64,000 nt of DNA, taken from the IMG/VR virus record IMGVR_UViG_3300021964_006878, positions 1-64,000 of that record; one strand, 5' to 3'. Under the pieces are notes generated by a model. That model searched no databases, had not been told where the DNA came from, and saw only the letters and a list, made by a program, of their open reading frames with translations. The number at the start of each line of letters is the position of its first letter. Positions within the stretch are counted from its first letter, which is position 1. This stretch comes from a virus. Made by a program: the position numbers and the translations under genes. Shown in pieces: positions 8,912-22,300 of the stretch.

Positions 8912-11900
8912 TTATTGTTCTTTGTAGTTCAATGTTGCTTCGATTTCACCAGAGGAACCAGAGTCAAGTTTCTTAGCAACTAAGAAAGTTGCTTCGATAT
9001 TTTGGTTATCTGGAGTGATTACATTACGATCTGGTCCAAAGATTTTAGACATATCAATTTCATCAGTTTGGTTTGCACCAATGTATATTGTATCAATTGC
9101 AGTCGTTGGTCTCAAATTTTGTTCATTTTGTTTATCAATTAGAGCAGATGAAAGTCTACTAACTTCAAGGAAATTGGTAGGTGCTGCTCCAGATATATCA
9201 GCTTCACCTCCAGCATTAGTGACTTCTATGTTGTCACCAAATGTATACAATTTTGGTGAAATTGTTCTTTGGAATTTTCCTGATGTCTCTTTAATTGAGA
9301 TATTATTGATTGCAGCATTATCACCCAACTTAGCAAAGAAATATAATGGATATGGGTCAAAATTAAATAACTTCTGTCTAACAGGATTACCACTCGCTGA
9401 GATTTTGATTGGTCTAATATCAACAGAAAAATTAGAACCTGGACTTCCAAGAGTCTCACTGATTTCAATATAACTGAATATATCACCATTAGTATCAAGA
9501 TAAGTTTCAACATTTCCGACATATGTTGCTGATGATGGAGATATCTCTGAAGTCAATTTAACTTGACCTCCGTCAAAATCAATTCCCGTTGGCATAGTAC
9601 CTTGTTTGAGTAAGAATAATCTACCTAGTGGGTCTGGTCCAGTTCCATTTGGTGGGGGATTACCTGGTTCAAAATTAATTTGAGTTAAACCAGAAATTTC
9701 TGAAGTATCAAGAACTTCAACAGTTACTAATGAACATCTACCACTAGAATTACCTGGAGGTGAGGGAATTCTATAATCTAAAGCCATTCTTCTTGGTGGA
9801 TTTACAGGACTCCAAGTTTCATTGATCTCAGTACCATCTTCATTTTGTCCTGCTCGTGAATGAGTATGTTCAGCATATAAAACATCAGATTTATCCAGAA
9901 CAGTTGTTAATCCTACACCAGGTTTTATGAAACCCAACAATTGGTCTGGAACTGATATTGATGGTTGGAAATTCGTCATACCAACTGTAAAATCAGCAAA
10001 GTGTCCATACGAATCATTCTGAGAAGGATTTAAGAATTGAATTTCAATTTTAGTTCCAGTAAATTTAAAGTCACAAGCAGCATAATGATTATTCTGACTA
10101 CTCAGGCGAATTGGATACCCATAATTTGGAACAGTAGGACCAGCATTTAGAGTAGTTACTATACCAGAAACAGCATCCTTAACTTGGATATCGTAGTTTC
10201 TATCAGTCAGAGTTGGATAACCATCTGCACCAGGATAACCCTTAATTGTTGCAGTCGTAAATGATTTTCCACTTCCAACAGGAGTATCATCCTCTAGGTT
10301 AGTAATATATGCATTCCAAATACTTGGAGCAATAATTTTAGAACCAAGATCAGATGCCTCAAAATATGAATCATTGACTGCTGCAAGTGTATTGCTACCA
10401 ATCATTCTAACTTCAACACTTGGTCCAGTTGTAGTAGCAGCAATTCCAGGAGTATAAACATGCCCAAATCCAGGACATGCTCTACATTTTACAACCTCAA
10501 CTTTTGCTAAAGAATCACTAGTAACATTCATTGTGGTTGGAATGATTAACTTTTTATTTTTAATCTCTGTTCCAATACTATTCAAAATAAAATTCTTTGG
10601 TGTGACTCCAAGTAAAGTTCTACTCGTAACATTGTTAATAGTTTTTATCTTAGAACTTGTAGAGAATATTTGTGAGGTTCCCTCGTCACCACCATCAATA
10701 TAATATGAAGCACCATACTTATAAAGAAATTGTGGTGTTCTAACATCAGTTGTCTTAGCAACATTGAGTGAATATGCTAGTCTAAAGTATGAGTCTTCTA
10801 AACAAGGAGAACCCATTGAGTTTTCAATCACAAAAGTATGAATGACTACCCATCTTGCCTCACCAGGACCAGCAGGAATATATGCATAGAATCTAGCACC
10901 AATAGCACCATACCAACCAAACTCAATCTTATACATGGTAACTTTATTTGGTTGAATCAAATAACCTGATGGTCCATTACCATTCAGTGGGTCACCATTA
11001 AACTTATCTCTAGGAACTTCTATAGTCCAATATTCTTCACTATCGAACGGGTCACCAGTTCCTTTACGTACTTGGTCTAAAGAAGTCAAACCACTTCTCT
11101 TTAACGCAGATAATGGAAGAGGTATTGAACTTCTACGAATGATTTTAAGTTGTCCTGCTTCAATTTGGAATACATACTGGTCTGTTGGGTTTTTGATACC
11201 CCATTCCAAAGTAACACCACTAACTGTTTCAACAGAAGACCTTAAACCGAAAGTGAATCCACTAATACGACCAGGTTGATATCTGAATACTCTTCTAGAT
11301 TGTAGATATGAATATCTTTGATTACTATCACTATATCCTGGACGAGTATCATCAGAACCAAACGGTCCACTAGCTAAGTCTAGTCCATTAATTGTGGCAA
11401 AAGTATATGCTAGAGAAGTAGTTGGATTGATAAGAATACTATCTCTAATATCCCTCCAGGTATCAGTCCAAGTATCAACTAGTGCAAAAGACTGTGCAAT
11501 ACCAGCTGCATATACAACATCACCCGACAATACATATGTTTTTGATGGGTCTAAAAATTTATCTTTCCAATCAGCAGGGTAACCTTCACTTGCTCCTGGT
11601 CCGCTATTGTAATAATTAAATAACTCATTTCCAAGTTGAATGAATTTTAGATAACGATTAAACAAATCTTCATTGTAAAATCCTACTTGTGTAAATCTAG
11701 GTCCAAAAGGATATGAATATGGTACGGCAAATGCTTCTAATCTAATAGCAGACTCTTGTACTTCTTCTCTCCTAGATGCATTATATCTGTTACCATAAAT
11801 TGAATTTGCTCTCCCATCCCAAGAACCAAAACTGGTTCCTGCAGTGATTGCAAAAAATTCAAACTCATCATTATTCAAACCATAAGATGATACATTAGAA

Positions 11901-12664
11901 AATAAACTCAGTTGAGTTTCTGCTCTATTAACACCAAGAAGTGTGGTGCTAACTTCACTCGACTCTTTAAATTGTTCTACTACTTTAAGGACATTATTTG
12001 ATGTATTTACTTCCCTTACTGCCCTATTGATACCTATTATACTTGTCTGTATTCCAACAATATCAACATTATTTGATAAATCAATCCTAGAATTGAATAC
12101 CTTTGAAACAAAAGTTCCATCTGGGATACCAAGACCTTTTACTCTATCAAAAACTCGAACATTTAGTGTGGTAGAAATACCAACATCATCAGAAAAATAT
12201 AATTTATTTTTTAAATCACCTCCCTGATCACTCTGAGTCTTAACATCAACAAATGGAAACTGAGAAAATTGTGTGCTTCCAAGACCAATATCAACAGAAC
12301 CACCTGCTACAAGAGGAACAGTTTGTCCAAATGCAACTGTAGATCCGCCACTTTGTAATACATTTGCAGCACTGATACTGACATCAAAGTTCACATTATA
12401 AGTTGCTGTTGATGTACCAACAGTTGAAAATTTTAATCTCGTGTATGCATCTTCAGGGTCTTTTGGTAGTACAATAGATGTCGATCTTTCTGCTGTCGCA
12501 TCGGCAACGAAGAACTGATCAACATTAGTAATAAGTGGTGTTCCAAATTCGTCAGTTAATAATTCTCCATTGGCGATATTATAAAGGTTATCTTCATTCT
12601 TCGGTATAATACTTACTGGGCGTTTATCGTCGCCCAGTTTTACATCCTTTCCTCCGTTCGCCAT
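8912..12664 (-). CDS. Large virion structural protein (1250 aa), paralogue of 12668-16333
   Basis: Shared blocks SRRVFRYQPGRISGFTFG, VTMYKIEFGWYGAIGA, KYGASYYIDGGD. Confidence 0.65.
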   Translation of the reverse strand: MANGGKDVKLGDDKRPVSIIPKNEDNLYNIANGELLTDEFGTPLITNVDQFFVADATAERSTSIVLPKDPEDAYTRLKFSTVGTSTATYNVNFDVSISAANVLQSGGSTVAFGQTVPLVAGGSVDIGLGSTQFSQFPFVDVKTQSDQGGDLKNKLYFSDDVGISTTLNVRVFDRVKGLGIPDGTFVSKVFNSRIDLSNNVDIVGIQTSIIGINRAVREVNTSNNVLKVVEQFKESSEVSTTLLGVNRAETQLSLFSNVSSYGLNNDEFEFFAITAGTSFGSWDGRANSIYGNRYNASRREEVQESAIRLEAFAVPYSYPFGPRFTQVGFYNEDLFNRYLKFIQLGNELFNYYNSGPGASEGYPADWKDKFLDPSKTYVLSGDVVYAAGIAQSFALVDTWTDTWRDIRDSILINPTTSLAYTFATINGLDLASGPFGSDDTRPGYSDSNQRYSYLQSRRVFRYQPGRISGFTFGLRSSVETVSGVTLEWGIKNPTDQYVFQIEAGQLKIIRRSSIPLPLSALKRSGLTSLDQVRKGTGDPFDSEEYWTIEVPRDKFNGDPLNGNGPSGYLIQPNKVTMYKIEFGWYGAIGARFYAYIPAGPGEARWVVIHTFVIENSMGSPCLEDSYFRLAYSLNVAKTTDVRTPQFLYKYGASYYIDGGDEGTSQIFSTSSKIKTINNVTSRTLLGVTPKNFILNSIGTEIKNKKLIIPTTMNVTSDSLAKVEVVKCRACPGFGHVYTPGIAATTTGPSVEVRMIGSNTLAAVNDSYFEASDLGSKIIAPSIWNAYITNLEDDTPVGSGKSFTTATIKGYPGADGYPTLTDRNYDIQVKDAVSGIVTTLNAGPTVPNYGYPIRLSSQNNHYAACDFKFTGTKIEIQFLNPSQNDSYGHFADFTVGMTNFQPSISVPDQLLGFIKPGVGLTTVLDKSDVLYAEHTHSRAGQNEDGTEINETWSPVNPPRRMALDYRIPSPPGNSSGRCSLVTVEVLDTSEISGLTQINFEPGNPPPNGTGPDPLGRLFLLKQGTMPTGIDFDGGQVKLTSEISPSSATYVGNVETYLDTNGDIFSYIEISETLGSPGSNFSVDIRPIKISASGNPVRQKLFNFDPYPLYFFAKLGDNAAINNISIKETSGKFQRTISPKLYTFGDNIEVTNAGGEADISGAAPTNFLEVSRLSSALIDKQNEQNLRPTTAIDTIYIGANQTDEIDMSKIFGPDRNVITPDNQNIEATFLVAKKLDSGSSGEIEATLNYKEQ

Positions 12665-12667
12665 GAA

Positions 12668-15600
12668 TCACTGCTCCTCCCAAGTAATACTTGCCGATAC
12701 ATTTCCTGTTGCTGTAGGAGAACCTGCTGCGGGGGAGAATAATCCAGGTTTATATTCTTTCTGTGTAGAACCACATAGATATAAACTATCTACAATATTT
12801 GTGAGTGGGAAAGAAAGATACTCTTTATTGTAATCAAAGTATGGTGATAAGTCGTAGTTCTCACCTGATGCGGGGATATAGAGACTTGCTACAATTGTTC
12901 CCGTCTTTGGAATAGGCGATTTATTCTGCGGACTCACTTTAATTGAAGATAATTGTGCAAGTGTAAATTCACTTGGTTCTGCGCCAACTGTATTTCCTTC
13001 TGCGTCTGCATCTTCTTCCCTAATAAATGGTTCAGTGTTGTTTAGAACAATATTAGCAGAGGTTGAATCTAATGCATAGAAGTAGTAACTATCAGTATCA
13101 ATATTCTTAGTTCTATTTTTTCCTCTGTTTTCTAAGTAACCTAGAACTGAAATTGGTTTCTGTGCGCCATCAGTCTCAAAGTATCCTCTGAGATATCCGT
13201 AAGCACCACCACCAATGTCTCTAATATATTCTGCAGATGAACCAACATTACCAGTATTAGCATCAGTAGTAACACTGAATACTAAAGTGCTTCCACTAGT
13301 TCCACTACGAAGTATGATTGGTCTACTATAATCACCGGAGATTGCTCCGTCAAAGTCTGTACCGCCTGGAGCATTTCCATCAAAGATTGGATCAGTAACA
13401 CGAGGATATACTTTAATAGCAGTGTTGTTATCTAAGGTGCAAGTGAATGCTAGAGACTCTTTCTTAATTCTGATTTCAGTTCCAGCACTCAATCCGTGAG
13501 CAGAACCTGTAGTTGCACTAATCAAACCAGTTGACGAATCATATGTTACTGCTGTAATTGCATACTTGGTGCTGGTATTCAATGAAGCAATCGCATTTGC
13601 AAGATCACTACTACCAGGAACAAATGTATGTGCTCCAGTATATTGAACTAATGGTAGTTCAATAGGAGTTGGTTTTCCTCTCTTTCCAATATTAACTTCA
13701 GTACTAAGTTGTGGAAGTGCAGAAGTTGGTTTAACGATTACTGAGGTTGTTTGAAAGATTGGTGTCTTCAAAAGATCAACCTTAATCACAGCATCAGAAC
13801 CAGTAGACATTCTGGTTGGATATACTTGAGTTCTATTTCTTACGTCTCTACCGGTGCTACTCTGAATGAAGTCTCTACACTTAATACCTACCAGTGGTGT
13901 TACACGGTTTGGAATAACAGTGATACTTGCTGGATTGTCTGTATTGAGTGGAGAGTTGAGATGTAAACGACCATTGGATGTGTTTACATAAGTAACTTCA
14001 ATATTCTGATCAAGAGGGTCAGTAGTTATAATTTTTGCACCAGTGTAATAGGCAGTGGATAATCCTGATGTTGCACCAGCAGTGATATATGGATCAGATG
14101 TATCAATTGCATTGGTAAGTGATGCCTGTGTTGAACCTACACCTGTTGAGAACTTTCTCTTCAGTCCAAATACTTCCTGTTCTATTGGAGTTCCATGGCT
14201 GAATAGTTTAACCGTTCCACGGTCGCCACCATCAATATAATATGAAGCACCATACTTAACGATATGCTCTGAAGCACTGCCATAACCAAAAGCACTTGCT
14301 GTTCTTAGTCCATTAGCATATCCAAATCTATTTGGATTACCTCCACCATACACCAGATAAGTGATAGGAAGTGTCGCATTGCCCAGTGAGGAGACCTTCA
14401 ACTGGTTTGATGCCCGGAGATGATGAACTCTAACCCAACGTGCTTCTCCGTTGCTTACAGGCACATACGCAAGGAACAGAGCACCAACAGCACCATACCA
14501 TGAGAATTCAACCTTATACATGGTGACCTTCTCAAGGTCAAGATCCCAGATACTGGTGTCGGTTAGAATTTCATTTGTATTTTCATCAATAACAGGACTT
14601 CCTGCTCTCTTATCTGCTACAGCATCACTATAAAGTAATGTATCAGTTGAATCATCTAATCGGTCACCACTAAACCTAGATCTTGGAACACGATACTCAT
14701 AGACACCCCAGTATTGGATATCAACGTTTTGATTTACCCACTTATTATAATAGTCATTAACATTATCAATCTGACCTTTAAGTGTTGCAGTATTTGCAGC
14801 ATTTAATGATGTATCAATATAACCTTCAGAATTATCATCAGCATCCGTATACTTATACGGGAACATACCCGTTGGTTTGACTGTAGTATACTTAGTAAGA
14901 CCTGAACCAATCAAACTACCAGTTATTGGTTGAATAAATGGAACTGGAGTCACTAGAACATGTGAAGAAATACCAGTAAAGTTTGTCAATCCACTTAAAG
15001 CAGTGCCATCTAAATTTTCTAGTGAAACAGTACTGATACCAGTAATAGTGTTAACACCAACAGCACCTACCTTATAAATTTTTTCATCAGTAAATCCTGT
15101 AGTAACACCGGCATTTACTCCTTTTGAATACGAAACATACTGTCCATCTGTAAGACCAACTACGTATCCACCACCATTAGTAGCATAATACGTTTGAACA
15201 GTTGAAACACCAACATTAACTGTAAATTGCTTGACACCATCAACTCTTACGACATTATAACCAGTTGTCCTATTTGGATAATACTTTGGTGATGAACTAT
15301 ACTGACAGGTCATTCCGATCCCAGTCAGTGTTACATACTTACCATTCTTATATCCATGATCATTTTCGGTTGTGATTGTCATCAAACCGGTATTGATATT
15401 ATATACTGCGTTCGTGACTGAATTAGCAAGACCTGCTAAACTAATTGTATTACCATCAAAGACTGATGTAATACCTACTTCGTGTTTTGGTTGTAATAAA
15501 GACTCATCATAAACAGCAGCATGAGTCATCATCAAGTTATCTCTCACGATAACAAGGTCACCCAATTTGCGATTAGTATAACCAGGAGGAACAGAAGTTG

Positions 15601-16333
15601 CTCCTGCACCAACAGATTCAGATGCTCTTGCATCTAGAGGATTGTATGGATTTGTAACACCATAGTCTGAAGTTTGTTCACCAGAACCATTTCCAAATGG
15701 TAAAGGATTAGCAAAAGTATTTGCCTGAGTTCTTCTTACAACACAGAAGTTATCATCTACACCATTGTTTCTTGATTCCCAATAATATCCATCGTAATTA
15801 TCAAAGATACCATACTTACGAACTGCTGGATTCTGAACATTAGAACCGTCAGAATTAATTAAAGTCGTTTTAACACCAAATGTAGCGGATGAAACACGAC
15901 CAGGTTGATATCTAAAGAATCTTTTAGATGAAAGAATAGCAGATTTATCAGCAGGTGCTTCAAGTAATGCACCAGATTCTTCTGGAACATGAGTCAGACC
16001 CCATCCCATTGTCTGACCAACACCAGCATATACACCTTCAGTACCAACCGAAGCAAACTGTTCTGGAGTTGATGTCCATTCTGTAGGGTTAACATCATAT
16101 GTGTTAACGTCGGCAAAGATACCAAGTGCAACTTCCGATCTTGGAATACCTAGAAGTGAAAGTGCAACTTCTGATTGAACTTTATTCTGTTCTTCAACTG
16201 GAATTGCAGTTTGGTCACTTGCTACAACAACAGGTATTGACTTATCAGATTTTTGTTGACCAGGAGGAACCGGAGCAGTTCTACCTACAACAGTTACCGC
16301 TGAATTAGCATTTACGTTTGTATTGTCTGGCAT
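12668..16333 (-). CDS. Large virion structural protein (1221 aa), paralogue of 8912-12664
   Basis: Shared blocks SKRFFRYQPGRVSSATFG, VTMYKVEFSWYGAVGA, KYGASYYIDGGD. Confidence 0.65.
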   Translation of the reverse strand: MPDNTNVNANSAVTVVGRTAPVPPGQQKSDKSIPVVVASDQTAIPVEEQNKVQSEVALSLLGIPRSEVALGIFADVNTYDVNPTEWTSTPEQFASVGTEGVYAGVGQTMGWGLTHVPEESGALLEAPADKSAILSSKRFFRYQPGRVSSATFGVKTTLINSDGSNVQNPAVRKYGIFDNYDGYYWESRNNGVDDNFCVVRRTQANTFANPLPFGNGSGEQTSDYGVTNPYNPLDARASESVGAGATSVPPGYTNRKLGDLVIVRDNLMMTHAAVYDESLLQPKHEVGITSVFDGNTISLAGLANSVTNAVYNINTGLMTITTENDHGYKNGKYVTLTGIGMTCQYSSSPKYYPNRTTGYNVVRVDGVKQFTVNVGVSTVQTYYATNGGGYVVGLTDGQYVSYSKGVNAGVTTGFTDEKIYKVGAVGVNTITGISTVSLENLDGTALSGLTNFTGISSHVLVTPVPFIQPITGSLIGSGLTKYTTVKPTGMFPYKYTDADDNSEGYIDTSLNAANTATLKGQIDNVNDYYNKWVNQNVDIQYWGVYEYRVPRSRFSGDRLDDSTDTLLYSDAVADKRAGSPVIDENTNEILTDTSIWDLDLEKVTMYKVEFSWYGAVGALFLAYVPVSNGEARWVRVHHLRASNQLKVSSLGNATLPITYLVYGGGNPNRFGYANGLRTASAFGYGSASEHIVKYGASYYIDGGDRGTVKLFSHGTPIEQEVFGLKRKFSTGVGSTQASLTNAIDTSDPYITAGATSGLSTAYYTGAKIITTDPLDQNIEVTYVNTSNGRLHLNSPLNTDNPASITVIPNRVTPLVGIKCRDFIQSSTGRDVRNRTQVYPTRMSTGSDAVIKVDLLKTPIFQTTSVIVKPTSALPQLSTEVNIGKRGKPTPIELPLVQYTGAHTFVPGSSDLANAIASLNTSTKYAITAVTYDSSTGLISATTGSAHGLSAGTEIRIKKESLAFTCTLDNNTAIKVYPRVTDPIFDGNAPGGTDFDGAISGDYSRPIILRSGTSGSTLVFSVTTDANTGNVGSSAEYIRDIGGGAYGYLRGYFETDGAQKPISVLGYLENRGKNRTKNIDTDSYYFYALDSTSANIVLNNTEPFIREEDADAEGNTVGAEPSEFTLAQLSSIKVSPQNKSPIPKTGTIVASLYIPASGENYDLSPYFDYNKEYLSFPLTNIVDSLYLCGSTQKEYKPGLFSPAAGSPTATGNVSASITWEEQ

Positions 16334-16336
16334 GGA

Positions 16337-19300
16337 TTAGATAACTCCGACTCTTCCTTTGGCGATTACGAATTGCTTCCTTATAACTATATATCCACTC
16401 TCGTCACCATTGATTTGAGAAGTAGTTGTGAATCCAGTCAATTTCACTTGTTTTGTTACTATATCAACGGTAATCTTATCTGCAACAGTAAGAACCTTAG
16501 AAGAAAGATTTGGGGTTGATGAGTGACTAACAAGTTTCACAACATCTCCAAGAGAGATGATATCAAGATTTTCTGGTTTTGTGAGTGTAACTGTGTATTC
16601 AGTTGCCCCTGCGCCAATAGTATTCCAGGCACCTGTGCTGATTCCAATGTATGTTGAAATACCACTAGGAAGATCTAGATACTCTTGTGCAATAATGTTA
16701 TATCCAAGAGCACTGGTAAGACCGATTTGACTGGTCTTGGAAAGGGGCATTGAAAGATTAATGTAACCACTTTCTCTACCAAACTCTCCAGTATCCTGTG
16801 TGGTAATATCAAAGTCAACAAATCTAGTTCCAAGAGTTTCATTGGTTGTTCCCTGACCAACAATAGTTCCGATACCAGCAGATACGATAGTAACCTTAGA
16901 AGAACTAATATCCTTAGCATCTCCATCTTCAATGTATTGTAGAACAGGACCAACAAAATCTGCTGCTCTATCAATAGTGATGTTGATAGAATTGAAATCA
17001 CTATCATAGATATCTGGTGATGGGATAAACTCATCAGATGGTCCAAGAATAATATTGTTGCTAGTGGTAATCTTACCAGTTGCATAAGTTCTAAGACCAG
17101 TTCCACAGTTACGAATAATATTACCACCGGTAGAAACTACAGAAGTAACAGATACATCCACAGGTCCAGGATAGTTCTCAAACAGAGAGTCATTGATTCT
17201 TAAGACTTGAGATTCTTGTGCATTAATTGGTTCATACGCATATCTATCAGTGATTGAACCATCAACAAATGATGAGTTCTCAATAGATACTCTGGTGCTT
17301 TCTTTAATTAGCAGACCATGTGCGGGACTATTACGAAGTTCAATGTTCTTAAAGAGAGATGAAGAAACTCCTCTGAAGTATACCATGTAGTTATCATCAT
17401 CTGATTCAAATCTAATGTTATTAGAGTTGTTACCATCAATTGTAAGATTATCAATTGTGATATCTGTACCATTAGTAACTCCAATACCAACAAAGTTATT
17501 ATCAAATGCAAGAGAATTTCCTGCTCCATCAGTCGCATCGGTAGCATAGTACTGTTGCTTCAGGATAGTATTCTTTCCTGAACCCTTAATGGTAAATGAT
17601 GTTGGAAGGACAAGTTTCTCCGCAAGATATGTTCCACTTGGAATGTTGAGGTAACTACCACCCTTCGCAAGAATATCATTGACTGCTAGGGTAAGACCGT
17701 AAGTGTTATCATGGACAACTTTTACATTGTTATCTGTTCCAAATCCAACAGCATTATTGAAGTCGTATGGATTATTTACAGTGATACTATTTGCTCCAAT
17801 GGATACAATTTCATCCATTGCCCATCCTCTTCTCTGTCCAGTGGTTGCAATACTGGGGAAGTGGATTTGGTCATCATCAAACTGATTCTTATTGCCATTA
17901 GATGACCATTCAGTTTGGTCATAAGTTCCATAATCTTTATATGTAATACCAGCAGTTGAATTTTCTAGTTCTTTCGGTCCAAGAATTCCAACCAGATGTG
18001 CATCATTAATGTTTGCAGGAGCACCTACAGCAGACTCTTGACGATAAACCAAGATACCATGATTAGTATCTGATCTATTCAAGGTGATAATGATGTGGTT
18101 TTGGTCATTAAAGTTATCAATAGTTGCGTGTCCGACACCAGCATCTGGAGTAATTTGAGTACCAACACCAACCTTACCAGTTCTCATATGATACTGAGCA
18201 ACCCAGTAGCGATATGTTTTAGCGGTAGCAGCAGTTCCGACTCTAGTGAATGTAGGAACAGCAGGAATACCAGGAGACAATACACTATCACTGGATTGAT
18301 TTACACCAAACAGTTTGACCTTTTCACCAACAGCAAACTTGGAAGTACTAATTCCACTAATTTGAAGTTTGTTGCTTACTGTACTACCAGTTCCAACATA
18401 TACCGTTCCATCATTACTAACACCATAACTTGATAGAGAGAATGCATCAAGTGTATTGATATCAACTAACTCATATCCATCACCAGTAGAATTGACTTTC
18501 AGAACACGATTCTTAGCAAAAGTAGATTCTTCGCTCGTGGTGTTTGGTAGGTCACTTAACTTAAAGTTTTCATATATGTCAGCACGAACTGTACCGCTAA
18601 CGTCTAGTTCAAATTGAGGAGTAGCAGTTTTAATGCCAACCTTTCCACTAGATTGATTGACAACTAAAGAAGGACTTGAATCAGAACCAACTTGGAAGAA
18701 TGGATTTGCTTGAACGTTTCCTTTCAACTGCAATTTAATTGCATTGATTCCATTTACAGTATCTAATGATGTAATCTTATTAGTAAAGTTAACTGGTCCT
18801 CTGAACTCGGAAGGAAGATTTCTGTTGAGTCCGCCACCAACACGTAGGGTGTTTCTTACGTAAAGGTCATCAAAGATTCCAGTAAAGTCATTTCCGACCT
18901 CACTAATATACTTTTCAACCGGTTTGATTCTTCCATCCCAAGTGAAAAACTCACCACGATCATTCATACCAGAGAAGAATGTAACTCCACCCTTCTTCTC
19001 ACAGTAAATAGATAGAAGTTCTTCTTCTGATGTAAGAGTTCTTTGAATTCTCTGTGGAAGTGCAGTTGAATAGTTACCAGGTCCATAACCAATGTACTCA
19101 AAGGTATGACCGGAAGCACGAATACTAGAGAATCTACGAACCTCAGAAGGAATAACTTTAATTCCTTTAGCAATAACACCACTAACATGTGGTTTTGCTA
19201 TAGTTCCCATCACACCTCTGATGACTGTGAACTGAGTGTTGCTATCTACACTCTTGATTCTTACAATCTCGTCTTCTATTTGAAGGAAATTGCCTTGTTC

Positions 19301-22300
19301 AATTGTTTCTGAGTGGTCATTAGCAGTTACAAGTAAAATAGTTGAGGTTGTATTGATACCTGAACTTGTTTTTATTGATAGTCCAGCAGAAATACTAAGC
19401 AAACTACCAGAGATTTTCTCATTTTGTAGTGAGGTATCTTCACCATATGCACCGAAACCAATCTTTATTACACCCACATTTGCAGTTACTTTTGGAGTGA
19501 ATACAGCATTGATTGTAAATGTGGAGAGACCTACAACTTCTTTTACAATAAATTCTTTATTGTATGCAGAAATTTCTTCTGATTGTAGAAATCCTTCAAG
19601 TTTGACTCTGTTTCCAACCGCAAGTCCATGCTCTACAGCAGTAGTTACTGTACAAATACCAGACAATGTAGTTCCTGCTGCACCAACAATAGTACTGATT
19701 TGTGATCGTTGTTCTACTGGGAATAGAACACCACTAGATGTGGTGTAGATTCCTGGATTAGTTACAGTTGAGGTCGTTGCAGCAAACGATACTTCAGTAG
19801 ATGATGGGAATGAAGGAGCAAAGAATACTCCGTTATAATTACTTGAATTTCTGTTTGATACTGTTCCAACACCAATGACTTGGAATCCAAGTAAATCTTC
19901 TCTACTAACATTATTAATCGTAACAACACCAGCGTCACCACCAGAAACCGACATTGTATTACCAACACCGTATGCAGAACCACCATCAACTATTGAAACA
20001 CTAGTGATTGTTCCTGCTGCACTAACCGCAATATTTGCAGTTGCACCGTCTCCAGTTCCAGTTCCACCAGTCAATGCAACATTATATAATGTAGTGCTTA
20101 CACCAGGACCATAGTTACTACCTTCACTAGTTAGGGAAAGTTTCGTAACTTTAGAGAATCCGTGATTTCTTTCGGTATAATATCTTACTGTGCCGCTATC
20201 GTAAATTGCTCCAGTAATTCCAACACCAATTCTGTTATCCTTGATATACTCAATTACAGATTCTTTGGTGATACTATTGAGAGGATCATTAACCGCAACT
20301 TTACCAATGAGTTTATTAGATGCTGCAGATACTGTCTGGTTTGGGTCAACAACTGTGTTGTCCCTATCAACAGTTGGGTACAGGTATCTAAAGTTCTGTT
20401 TAAACTTCTGATGGGCAAATTGTGAAACTGTTGGTGAAATATTTGAAAGTAAACATGTAAGATAGTAAATACCATCTTGAACTCCATCCTCATATGGTTG
20501 GAGAGTATCTACATCTTGAATAATGTAAGTAGTATTGTATTCATTCTTTTCAAATGATGGAAGGTTTGAATTTCTAGTTGAAATATTATCAATAAATGTT
20601 CCACCATTTGCATTTTGAACTGTGAAGGTATTAGTTCCTGTTACAGTTTTTACAAAGAAGTAACCATTATATCCCTGCTCGGCAGTTCCATCAGTATTTG
20701 TTGAACTTTTTATATTTTTGAGACGAACTCTATCGTCAACAAACAGTCCATGAGGTTTTTCGGAAGTAACATTTACAACATCAGATCCAGAAGTACTAAT
20801 ATTTGCAATGATACGAGGATTACGATTTGAATTTACATCATTAATAACAGTTTCTTCGGTGACTGTCTTTGATTCTTGCAGAATAAAGTTCTTTGTAGGT
20901 GCCTTTGCATTAGAAAAATCTTTGGGGATTACATAACGTAACTTGTAAATTCTATTGGAAAGGTCACGATTTTCTGGAATTCTCTGGACATACGATGATG
21001 AATTACTTGCTGCAATTTGAGTTGAGAACCCAACAAATTTTTCATAAATTTTATTTGTAGTTACAGTGTTTGAAGATGAGATATACCAATTGCTATTAAT
21101 TGAATCATATTGGATTGGATGACCAAGTTCTCCAGGAAGTTTATCAGTTACTCTACTTAGAACTGTTAAGATACCACCATTTGTGTTCTTGATATCAACA
21201 GCACTTCCATTCACTGCATTGTTGACTGAGTTTGCAATTTTAATCTCATCAGTACCAAGAGTTCCACCAGTGATCGCAAAATATGCACCTTCAGGTTCAA
21301 TGCCATCAGGGAGAACACCATTGTCTGAGAATATACGAATACTTTCACCATTAAAGAATGTATGATTATCATTTAATGTAATTACATTCGTTGAAATATC
21401 AATATCGTTTATATTTAAAGTTCTAGTAACTGTGAATTCTTTTTTGCTTGATGGACCATCACCTGATGGAACCTGCATCAGAACTGGTGAATTGAAAGTT
21501 GAAGTGATACCAGCAATATTTGTGTCTAAGTACACAACTTCGTTCTCACGAGCACCTATTCTAAAACCTTCTGAGATATTAGATGGTGGATTACCCTCAT
21601 CAGTTTCCCCAAGAATATAGAGTCTTGATGTTATACCAATACCGATAGTAGTACTTGGGTCTAATGGTCTCCAAGTAACATTGTTTGTTTGTTCTTGAGA
21701 ATCTTTTGGTGGTATAATATGAGTGATATATCCAGTATTATCTCTATCAAATGATTGATTTCTAAATCCCTTAGAGATTAAAGATTTTGCACCAAAGTTA
21801 GAGTTTGAGTTTGTAATTGATTGGTCTGCACCATCTTCTGTTAAGAAGTGATTTGCAAAACCAATAGCAAACACAGACACTGCCTGAATGACAGAATCAT
21901 TGGATGCCTTTACATGGAAACTTTCGTAGTTTGGATTATAAACTGCTTCTTGATTAATATAAAGTGGTTTAGTAACAGTGTTTGGGGCAGTATCGTTAGT
22001 GTCATACTGACCGGTAGTTTCATTATAAATTAGGAATGCTTTGGGGTCCTTTTGAAGTCCAATTCCAGTGAATTGGGCCACAACCATAGATTTAAATCCG
22101 GTTGCCTTTGAACCATCAGCGTGGAGTCCACACATACCAAAAGCAGATCTCAAAGAGAGATTAAATATGTATGGTGAAGCACCTGTTACATTGTCTGCTT
22201 CAATAACAATCTTTTCATTTCCACCGATTGTAATTACATCATCAGTAGGATCTGCAAGCATAGAGTATGTAAACTTACGCTCACTTGTGATACCAGTAAC

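Noticed and set aside
6142-16333. Diversity-generating retroelement acting on fibre/LRR genes
   Set aside because: No reverse transcriptase and no template/variable repeat pair noticed in the window
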